Made by a program: the position numbers and the translations under genes. 64,000 nt of DNA from Tortispora ganteri. Lineage: Eukaryota. The stretch covers positions 1-64,000 of the forward strand of contig PPNB01000016.1 of assembly GCA_003707115.1 (NCBI GenBank), in the 5' to 3' direction. Position 1 is the first letter of the stretch. Each line of letters opens with the position of its first letter. The notes under the pieces are model-generated. The model was not told the origin of the DNA and ran no database searches. It saw only the letters and a list, made by a program, of their open reading frames with translations. Shown here one piece after another: positions 1-8,379 of the stretch.

Positions 1-192
1 GGTAGAAATGTGTACAGTCCAGAAGCATTCTTGTGAATATAACCTTGGTTAATAAGCAGATTTGTGGCGTTAGACGCCACACCAAGCCTACGCGGTGAGT
101 ATAACCGCGACAGTCGAGGAATCATGTGGGTTCACTGGGTAAGGTGGGTGGGGGGTAGTCCACCCACAACTCCACCAACCTTGAACAAAGCC

Positions 193-2385
193 ATGTTCAA
201 ACTTACGGGATCAGGTATTCATAGCAAGTACGCAGTTTCTTCGAGACCGTCGTTTACTGCGGGACCATGGACAGTATATGATGCAAAATCAAAAGCTAAA
301 TACGATCCGCCAGCTGTCTCGGTGTTCGTCTTCGACAAGAAGAAACTCAACTTGAAATCTTCACGTGAGAAGCGTATGCTGGACCCGGCAATCGCTCGCC
401 TAAAACATGAAGTTTCTCTAATGACAAAATTGCGTCATCCATCACTACTTGAAATTATTGAACCTCTTGAAGAATCACGCAGTGGTACACTCACTTTTGT
501 CACCGAACGCGTCACCGCAAGTCTCGTTACGTTCACGGACTCTAAGCGCATGGGCCGCTCTAAAAGGTCTAACGCCGATGTAGACGAAGTAGAGATTCAA
601 AAAGGCCTTTTTATGATTGCTAAGGGTCTTGAGTTTCTCCATCAGACAGCAAACCGCGTCCATCTTAATATCCGCCCACAGTCAGTCCTTGTCAATGCAA
701 AGGACGACTGGAAACTTACAGGTCTCGCCTTCTCCATATCTGCAGATAATTTTGCTACAGGCTATCATATCGACCCTTACGACTTCTCATTGCCGCATAG
801 CCTCCAGTTAGATCTCAACTACTGTGCCCCAGAACTTCTCCTCAAGCAACAGGTCGATCCGGCTAATGACATGTTCTCGTTCGGTTGTCTCATCTGCTCC
901 CTCTATATCGGCGTATCCCCCATAGACTCGCGCCAAGATCTTACTGAGTACAGCAATATTGTCAGAAAAAACCCTACTTCACTCCATGTACCCTCGCTAT
1001 CTTCGTTCCCTACTTACCTCGCATCCATTCTACCGCAATTGCTCGCCACAAAACCATCGGAGCGCATAACCGCTACCGAGTTCATTAATTCAAAATATTT
1101 TGACAATATTGTCATATCGACAATCAGGTTTCTCGATTCTTTACCGGCGCGAACAGTCGCCGAAAAGCACGCCTTTTTTTCGGGATTTGCCAACGTCTCA
1201 AACCAGTTTCCCAAACTCGTCCTCCAGCGCAAAATTTTGCCGGCGATTATTCAGGAATACGGTAAAGAAGACAGCCTCGATGAAGCAGTATTTGGATCAA
1301 TTATACTTATTAGCTCCGACATGAGCCAATTATCATTCTCAGAACAGGTGCTGCCTACAATAAAAAAGCTCAAAGACAATCCGGGCTCGCACAAAGCTTT
1401 TCTGACACATATGGACGTGTTGCTGAAACAGCTCACAAAGAAAGATTTTAAAGAATCCGTTTTGCCTCTTCTTGTCCGGTCCATGGACTCGACAGACTTA
1501 CAGGTCCTTGAGAAAGCTATGCTTACTGTCTCTCTTATACTCCCTAGTCTAGACTTTCTTGTCATCAAGAACACGCTGTTTCCTAAAGTATCAGATGTGT
1601 TCACTAAGACAGCAAGTCTCGCTATAAAGATTGCGTCTCTGAATGCTCTAGAGAGCTTACTGGCAGGCGGACTAGACAAACCCACCGTCATCCAAAGTCT
1701 CATCCCGCTCATTCAGAACCTCAAATCCAGAGACCCTGATGTAATTACTGCCACGTTAGGCCTGTTTAAGGGAATGAAGTCCGTGCTAGACTATTCTGCT
1801 CTCGCAACTGACGTCATTCCTATCATGTACAATTTCCTTGTCACCTCGTCACTAGACCACCAGCAGTTCACGCTCTTTGCTAGCGGAATACGTGACATGA
1901 CGGAAACTATTTTAACAGAAAAGTCACGTACTGTTTCTTCGTCGACTCAAAAATCCTTCCCTACTGCTAAAGAGACTGTTTCAACGCATTTAGATCCAAC
2001 AACAAACTCCTTTGAGGAGCTGGTCCTTGGAAAGAAAGACGAGCCCGCTCTTCAGATAGACGAATCTGTATTCGACTGGTCAGACGCTCCAAAAGCGACA
2101 AAAATAGCAGCACCAATTAAACCAATGCAAGCTACTCCGCCGATACAGTTTACATCTGCACAACCGAAACCCGCTAGCCCTGTCAATTTTGGAACTGCGT
2201 TCCCAGCCTTGCAGCCGTCTCGTCCTTCTTCCGCATCTACTCCATCTGTTTCCTCATTTACTAGCCAAATATCTTCAGCACCGCCAACTATTTCAAGTAT
2301 TGACTGGAGTAAAGCTACCACGTCTACTACGAGTCCTACAGGGTCGTCTGGGAATGGATTAGACAAATACGCAAGTCTGCTATAG
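193..2385 (+). CDS. SCY1: SCY1/SCYL2-like pseudokinase with HEAT repeats
   Basis: Kinase-like N-terminus lacking catalytic motifs (VSVFVFDKK, KLRHPSLL, EIQKGL, DWKLTG, LNYCAPE), then helical repeats, a P/S/T-rich tail and a C-terminal LDKYASLL. ATG at 193 chosen; an in-frame ATG also lies at 124. Confidence 0.9.
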   Translation: MFKLTGSGIHSKYAVSSRPSFTAGPWTVYDAKSKAKYDPPAVSVFVFDKKKLNLKSSREKRMLDPAIARLKHEVSLMTKLRHPSLLEIIEPLEESRSGTLTFVTERVTASLVTFTDSKRMGRSKRSNADVDEVEIQKGLFMIAKGLEFLHQTANRVHLNIRPQSVLVNAKDDWKLTGLAFSISADNFATGYHIDPYDFSLPHSLQLDLNYCAPELLLKQQVDPANDMFSFGCLICSLYIGVSPIDSRQDLTEYSNIVRKNPTSLHVPSLSSFPTYLASILPQLLATKPSERITATEFINSKYFDNIVISTIRFLDSLPARTVAEKHAFFSGFANVSNQFPKLVLQRKILPAIIQEYGKEDSLDEAVFGSIILISSDMSQLSFSEQVLPTIKKLKDNPGSHKAFLTHMDVLLKQLTKKDFKESVLPLLVRSMDSTDLQVLEKAMLTVSLILPSLDFLVIKNTLFPKVSDVFTKTASLAIKIASLNALESLLAGGLDKPTVIQSLIPLIQNLKSRDPDVITATLGLFKGMKSVLDYSALATDVIPIMYNFLVTSSLDHQQFTLFASGIRDMTETILTEKSRTVSSSTQKSFPTAKETVSTHLDPTTNSFEELVLGKKDEPALQIDESVFDWSDAPKATKIAAPIKPMQATPPIQFTSAQPKPASPVNFGTAFPALQPSRPSSASTPSVSSFTSQISSAPPTISSIDWSKATTSTTSPTGSSGNGLDKYASLL

Positions 2386-2466
2386 ACTTGACACCCTGTC
2401 TAATGAATGATGTCAGTATGTAAAGTATATAAATGAGCCACGCTATAATTAAACCGCAAACAGCTC

Positions 2467-3768
2467 CTAGGCTTTGAGCGAATTCTGCATTAGATTCTGA
2501 GTTGCTTTGAGAGCTTCGTAGCGTAAATCTGTATCATTGTGAGTCATGAGCTCCATAATACGCGGCTTAATGTTCTCTTTCTGAATAACTTTAAGAACTT
2601 CAGGTACCTGTTCAATAAGAAATCCTATGTCATTGCACGCCACAGCTAAAGTAGTGCTATCATCTGAAGTTTGTATAATTCCGAGCAAACGATGAGTATA
2701 CTTCCAATTTTGCTCTTTAAACTTGTAGGCGTTTGACCGCCAAAACTCAGCGCTTCTATGAGAAGGGCTCCATTTGAGACGGCCGCTGTCAAGTTCTACT
2801 TTGTATTCGTCGAAAGAGGAAAGTTCGCCCTCGGTAGCCTCCAAATGTGCAATCAGCGTCTCCAGGTCGTCCTGCAGCTCAGGGTCTGACCATTTTCTAT
2901 TCATGAGTGAACGCAAAAGCGTTAAGCCATGATGTGACAAGATAACGACTTGGTTCTTTTCAGGGGCTAATGTGATAATATTGACGAGAATTGCAACACA
3001 AACCCGAGCGATCTTCTCCTTGATAGCGGACTTTAAAGTGCGCAGCAGTATAGGAATGATGTCGAATTGTTCATTTAGCTCAGCACTGGCCTTGGGGTAA
3101 AAAGTAAGTATCCAAAAGACCATAAGAGTGTGATATGTAAGTTGTATACTTGATTGTGCCGATAGAAAGCCGATAAGAGGCGGGATTATCGATTTCGATG
3201 CGGCCCAAAGCTGTTCTCTAATCGATTGAGACTGTGCGAGGCTGCCATATATTTGGACCGAGAGATCTTTCAAATTAGCGTCGGTAGACTTAGACTGCGA
3301 GATATTAAAACTGAAAAACTTCTCAACAACGTCTTTCGGCGGAGTCGGGTCGTCTTTCAGGACAGCAGTGGTAGCAAGCGAGCATGTAAGCCAAACATGT
3401 TCATCAGAGTGGTCCAGCAACGGGAGGAGGACAGCATAGAGCGCCAATTTGTCGCTTTTCGAGGAGTATATGGCGTCCGAGAAATCTAATGATAAGTCGA
3501 GTAGGTCGGAGAGAAGTACAAGGGCGTACTGGAGGATATCAGGGCGAGATGTTTTAGTGAGCAGCGCGGCGGTAGCTTTGACGTAGGACAGGGGAGAAGC
3601 AGCGACAGTCGCTTTCTTCTGTTCATCCGAGCATTTTTCTATCTTCTTTATAAGTTCAGCATCTGACTGCGAAACTACATCGGTCCTTATATAACCGTCC
3701 CAAGGCACTGGACGGGCTCTGATATTAGAACAGATTTCATTGAGATAAGGATTGGTAAGAACGGCCAT
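2467..3768 (-). CDS. VMA13: V-ATPase V1 subunit H
   Basis: IRARPVPWDGY, KEKIARV, LSSFDEYKVEL..GRLKWSPSH...FW, LAVACNDIG, RYEALKATQ. First ATG at 3768. Confidence 0.95.
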   Translation of the reverse strand: MAVLTNPYLNEICSNIRARPVPWDGYIRTDVVSQSDAELIKKIEKCSDEQKKATVAASPLSYVKATAALLTKTSRPDILQYALVLLSDLLDLSLDFSDAIYSSKSDKLALYAVLLPLLDHSDEHVWLTCSLATTAVLKDDPTPPKDVVEKFFSFNISQSKSTDANLKDLSVQIYGSLAQSQSIREQLWAASKSIIPPLIGFLSAQSSIQLTYHTLMVFWILTFYPKASAELNEQFDIIPILLRTLKSAIKEKIARVCVAILVNIITLAPEKNQVVILSHHGLTLLRSLMNRKWSDPELQDDLETLIAHLEATEGELSSFDEYKVELDSGRLKWSPSHRSAEFWRSNAYKFKEQNWKYTHRLLGIIQTSDDSTTLAVACNDIGFLIEQVPEVLKVIQKENIKPRIMELMTHNDTDLRYEALKATQNLMQNSLKA

Positions 3769-4111
3769 TTTTCTAGTCAAAACACAGGACCAATTGTACC
3801 AAATAAAGAAAAAATTGATCTATTTATATTTCCCAACAAATTGACGTTTATTAGAAGGAACAGATATGTAATTTCTGCTATGAAACGCTGTAACGGTCAG
3901 GTGGAAAGGCAAGCCAGGGTGTGAATGGATTATATAGATATGAAGGCGTAGCACGGGGAAAAAGAAGCCCTCACAACCCTATTTTACTAAAGCTTAATTT
4001 TTTGGGAGTTTTGTAGAAAGTTTATTTATTCTCATCCAAAAAAAACTTCTACAATTGTGCAGAGATATACGTATTAGAATAGACCGATTAGCAGTAGTGA
4101 ATTAGAAAGCG

Positions 4112-7021
4112 ATGCCGTCTGTTAGATCCGAGGGTAAGAACGCTAAAACAGAGGCTGGTAGCTCATTTCAATCGGTTGATCTGGATACGTTTAAGGAGGA
4201 AATCAAAGCACTCGGCGGTACTGATGAAGATTTCGAAGCGCTCAAAGATATTGTTAGTGACGACGAAATGTATGGCGATAGTAAAGCTGGGACGCTGGAT
4301 AAAGGTGAAGTAGCAGATTTTGTGAAGTCTCTTGGCCTTAGAGATGGTATGGTCGAGGAAGAAGAAGAGGAAGAGGAAGAGGAAGAAGAAGAGGAAGAAG
4401 AAGAGGAAGAGGAAGAGGAAGAGGAAGAGGAAGAGGAAGAGGAAAAGGAAAAGGAACAGGAAGATTCTGATTCTGATTCTGATTCTAATTCTGATTCTGA
4501 TTCTAATTCTGACTCTGAAAACTCTAGAATGAACGGCAAAATATTTCAACCAGCGAGTGATGACACAAAAGATACAGATCAGAGAGACGAAGCTGCCGAG
4601 AAACGATCACATTTTTCGGGGTTAGTGGTGCAACCTCGAATTGACTGGTACAATGGTATCAAGCAGCCGAAAGAAGCAAAAGCGAAATTGAAAGAATATC
4701 AAATTTCTGAATTAAAAAGGAAAGCTGAAGAAATTCTTTCACGAGATTCGGCCGTGTACCGCCGAAAATACGGCGCAATGGGTAGCAATAACAAGTTTCT
4801 ACAGCAAGTTATGACTAGCGGCACGTTGAATGACAGAATCAGTGCATTGACATTGGTTATTCAGGAATCTCCTGTACATGGCCTTGAAGCGTTCAAATCT
4901 ATTATGTCAATAACTAAGAAAAAATCAAGATCGACAGCTATCCAGGGCGTTGCTGCATTAAAAGATCTATTTATCACCAACAACCTACTACCTGACAGGA
5001 AACTTGTATACTTTGAAAACCAACCTCTCTCTACCAATACTGATGAGGAAACATTGGCGCTGTACTTCTTTGAAGATTTTCTAAAATCATACTTCTTTGA
5101 ACTACTACAAATTCTCGAAGGGTGTCTAAGCGACTCTGTCGAGTTCATTCGCTCACAGGCGATTGTCCACACTATAGACTTATTAAAAGCCAAACCTGAG
5201 CAGGAGGCGAATCTGCTGCGATTAGCTGTCAATAAACTAGGCGATCATTCAAAACCTGTCGCTTCAAAGACATCATATATGCTTCTACAGCTTGAACAGG
5301 CACACCCGGCCATGCTGTCTATAATTGTCAAGGCCATTTCTGATCTCGTATTTGCGCCAGGTGCCAATTACCACGCACGATACTACTCTGCTATCACACT
5401 TAATCAGACAGTTATCACCAGCAAGACACAAGATGTCGCCAACCGTCTAGTGACCGTGTACCTCAAACTCTTTGAGCTCATCATTCTACCAGATTCCATT
5501 AAAGAAGACCAACGTGCCAAAGAAAAAGTCGTTAAGAAGAAAGGTCGCTGGAAAGCTAAGAACAATAAAAACAATACCAGCAAGAAAACTGCCGAAGAAA
5601 TGACCGAAGAAGCACAAAGCCGTCTTATTGGTGCGATCTTGACAGGTCTAAACCGTGCGTTCCCGTTCTCTAAGCTTCCCGACACTACATTTGAGTCGAA
5701 CATTGATTCTTTGTACAGGATCGCAAGAAACGGCAATTTTTCTACTACAGTACAGGCGTACGGGTTCATCTTCCTTATATCGAAGTCCAAACAAGTACTC
5801 TCTGATCGTATCTATAGAGCCATGTACGAAACATTGCTCGACCCGCGACTTATTCAGTCTTCAAAACAGAATCAGTTTTTCAATTTGTTGTTCAAGGCTA
5901 TAAAAGCTGACTCTAATGTACCGCGAATTCGTGCGTTTATTAAGAGACTTGTCCAGATAGCCTGCAATATGCTGAATGTCGGTGTAGCTGCGGCAATACT
6001 CTATTTGTTACAAGATCTAAAAATTTCACGACCTGCAATTGTGTCTATGCTCACTGAAGGTGACATCAAGCCAGAATACGAGGAGGAAGTACGCAAAGAC
6101 GCTGACAAGGATGAGGAGCTTGAGGAATCTGCGAAGTCTACTTCTGAGAGTTCACTTTACGACGGTACGAAACGTGATCCTCGGTTTGCAAACGCTGAAA
6201 ACACTGCATTGTGGGAAATATTGCCTTTACTCAACAGTTTCCATCCAACTATCTCTTTATATGCGGAGAATTTCTACGCATTAGAACGCGATTCTGAACG
6301 TGCAGCGCAAGCGGGCAAGCCTGACCTAGAACTGCATAGTTTGGCGCACTTCCTTGACCGATTTGTGTACAAATCAGGTAAGAATAAGATCACTAGTCGT
6401 GGTTACAGTGTTATGCAGCCTTTATCTGGTGGAGTGGACAGTGGACTAATAGTAGGGGTGAAGGAAACAAGGGTAACGCAGAAACCCGTGAACGAGCGGT
6501 TACGAGCAGGTGAAAAGGTTGGTGTGGACGAAACATTTTTTGCGCAGTATTTTGCACAAAATCAGTCGTTGCTATCAAAGAACAAGAAGAAATCTAAAGT
6601 CAAAGGAGATGAATCGGAGGACGAAGTCTGGCGTAAAATTGTCGCTACAGAGAATATGATTGGCGATAATGACAATGATATTGATTTTGACGATATGTCT
6701 GATGATTCTGAGCTTGAGGCGAGTGATATTGACGATGTAGACAGCGATATCGATAGCGACAGTGACGGCGAGATGAAGATTCGCACTATGGATGATCTAA
6801 TGAAAGAGATGAGTGAGGACGAGGACGAGGACGAGGGCGACAGCGACAGTGACAATATGAGCTCTGTTGAAGATGTTGCAGATTTCTCCGAGTTCAAAGA
6901 CGAAGACGAACGAAGTGACGACAGCGAAATCGAAGAAGAACAGTCACACAAACGACGCAAAATTACAGATTTACCGCTGTTCGCAGACGCCGAAGAATAC
7001 GCTAAATATCTATCAGACTAG
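4112..7021 (+). CDS. MAK21: Ribosome biogenesis protein Mak21/Noc1 (CBF/Mak21 family)
   Basis: SGTLNDRISALTL, LLPDRKL, KPEQEANLLRLAVNKLGD, LTGLNRAFPF, YDGTKRDP, HFLDRFVYK, acidic tail ending LPLFADAEEYA. Confidence 0.95.
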   Translation: MPSVRSEGKNAKTEAGSSFQSVDLDTFKEEIKALGGTDEDFEALKDIVSDDEMYGDSKAGTLDKGEVADFVKSLGLRDGMVEEEEEEEEEEEEEEEEEEEEEEEEEEEEEEKEKEQEDSDSDSDSNSDSDSNSDSENSRMNGKIFQPASDDTKDTDQRDEAAEKRSHFSGLVVQPRIDWYNGIKQPKEAKAKLKEYQISELKRKAEEILSRDSAVYRRKYGAMGSNNKFLQQVMTSGTLNDRISALTLVIQESPVHGLEAFKSIMSITKKKSRSTAIQGVAALKDLFITNNLLPDRKLVYFENQPLSTNTDEETLALYFFEDFLKSYFFELLQILEGCLSDSVEFIRSQAIVHTIDLLKAKPEQEANLLRLAVNKLGDHSKPVASKTSYMLLQLEQAHPAMLSIIVKAISDLVFAPGANYHARYYSAITLNQTVITSKTQDVANRLVTVYLKLFELIILPDSIKEDQRAKEKVVKKKGRWKAKNNKNNTSKKTAEEMTEEAQSRLIGAILTGLNRAFPFSKLPDTTFESNIDSLYRIARNGNFSTTVQAYGFIFLISKSKQVLSDRIYRAMYETLLDPRLIQSSKQNQFFNLLFKAIKADSNVPRIRAFIKRLVQIACNMLNVGVAAAILYLLQDLKISRPAIVSMLTEGDIKPEYEEEVRKDADKDEELEESAKSTSESSLYDGTKRDPRFANAENTALWEILPLLNSFHPTISLYAENFYALERDSERAAQAGKPDLELHSLAHFLDRFVYKSGKNKITSRGYSVMQPLSGGVDSGLIVGVKETRVTQKPVNERLRAGEKVGVDETFFAQYFAQNQSLLSKNKKKSKVKGDESEDEVWRKIVATENMIGDNDNDIDFDDMSDDSELEASDIDDVDSDIDSDSDGEMKIRTMDDLMKEMSEDEDEDEGDSDSDNMSSVEDVADFSEFKDEDERSDDSEIEEEQSHKRRKITDLPLFADAEEYAKYLSD
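4355..4519 (+). repeat. Coding microsatellites in MAK21: (GAR)30 poly-Glu followed by GATTCT/AATTCT hexamers (DS/NS repeat)
   Basis: GAG/GAA run at 4355-4444 and gattct-type repeats at about 4463-4519, read directly from the sequence. Confidence 0.95.
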
Positions 7022-7083
7022 TTTAGATGAATATCATAAATTACGAAGTAAGTCCTATAAGCGGGCTTGACATACTTTGGTCA

Positions 7084-7773
7084 TTAAGGGTTCATTGGAG
7101 GCAAAGCGGCAGCCCATTTCGGTTGGATAATGAGTGCGTCTGCCTCGACTAATATTTTGGATGGCTCCTTCTCGGTGCCGAGAGTAGACAGTGTGCCACT
7201 AACGTAGCACTTACGGCCTTCTATTTTGTCGACTTTGGCATTCAGAATAACGTAAGCGTCCGCCGGAGTAGGCGCCTTGTAGTTGAGTGTCAATCTCGCA
7301 GTAACGCCTATATGTTTAGGAAGCGCTTGGAAAGCACAACGAGCTAAACCTTCATCAAGCAGTGTTGCAAGTAACCCACCATGCACAATTCCTGGGTGAC
7401 CACACAAGTCAGGACCCAAATGATAGAAACCGACGAGATCTGAGCCGTTCAAGAACAGCATCGGCGCTACCGATATCTTGCCCGGGCCCAACAATGTCGA
7501 GGCCGTCAACATATGCGGACGCAAAGACTCAGGCACAGAGTGTGCAGGTACGATTGCTCTGTAATCAGAGTCATATTTTAGAGACTGGAACATAGGGTGT
7601 TTGTCAATCTGCTCGGCGATCGGCTTCAACGTCGGAGGCAGGTCTTCTAAGTACGCAGCATGCTCCTCAGGTGCTTTGCGTTGTTGTCTACGTAGACTCG
7701 CAGTAACACCAGAGTAGTAACCTGCAATAGTGGCGACTGTAATAACCACAGGGTACTTAACAAACCGAAACAT
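7084..7773 (-). CDS. HotDog-fold PaaI/THEM4-like thioesterase, probably mitochondrial
   Basis: HLGPDLCGHPGIVHGGLLATLLDEGLARC motif, VTARLTLNYKAPT, and a basic/hydrophobic N-terminus. Confidence 0.88.
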   Translation of the reverse strand: MFRFVKYPVVITVATIAGYYSGVTASLRRQQRKAPEEHAAYLEDLPPTLKPIAEQIDKHPMFQSLKYDSDYRAIVPAHSVPESLRPHMLTASTLLGPGKISVAPMLFLNGSDLVGFYHLGPDLCGHPGIVHGGLLATLLDEGLARCAFQALPKHIGVTARLTLNYKAPTPADAYVILNAKVDKIEGRKCYVSGTLSTLGTEKEPSKILVEADALIIQPKWAAALPPMNP

Positions 7774-7936
7774 CTGCTAGACTAAAAAATCGTTGAATTA
7801 ACGGACGCGTAATACGACTTGAGAAGGAACTATTCTAACCAATCATAGCCCTTAATCTGCGGCCACCTCCCAGCGATTCGGCTATCTAATTTCTTTACCC
7901 ACGATATACCCACCATACCCGCTCGACCGCTTCCAA

Positions 7937-8272
7937 ATGGACAGTACCGATCCTGTATCTGCCATAGAATCGCGTACAGGCTGTATTTGTGCTATTGGTG
8001 TCAATTACAACGATGATATTGCTCTTATTCCCCCTGAAGATGATGCAAGAGCTTCTGCATTGAAGGGACTCCTCGCCACTCAAAGAACCACCGCCAATCT
8101 GGCCCAGAAACTCAAGCTTGGTGAACTCCAGACTGTTATGACTAAAACGGACAGCGAAATGATCGTCGGTAAGTGTTCAAGAGGCGCAGAATCTGTCGCC
8201 ATTGGATCGACTGCTAATGCTTTGTTGGCAGCAGAGCAATTGAAGAAAGTTACAGATCAGGCTGTGCTCTAA
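7937..8272 (+). CDS. Small roadblock-fold protein, LAMTOR3/MP1-like (candidate Ragulator/EGO subunit)
   Basis: 111-aa ATG ORF filling the gap between two genes. The pattern G..AI.V....IALI / AL..LLAT...T.NLAQKLKL...TVM......IV / IGSTANA aligns by eye with LAMTOR3 as I recall it. Confidence 0.6.
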   Translation: MDSTDPVSAIESRTGCICAIGVNYNDDIALIPPEDDARASALKGLLATQRTTANLAQKLKLGELQTVMTKTDSEMIVGKCSRGAESVAIGSTANALLAAEQLKKVTDQAVL

Positions 8273-8379
8273 TTTAACATCTACCTTTTTTTTTTTTGAA
8301 ATCGTTTAAAATGTGTATATTACAATCAGTGTCTTTTTACCGACAATCTAAAATGTATATATTTCAATCGAACAGCAAT

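Noticed and set aside
4163..4549. Antisense and alternate-frame ORFs with RI/FL, poly-Ser or KR repeats
   Set aside because: They are shadows of the MAK21 microsatellites.
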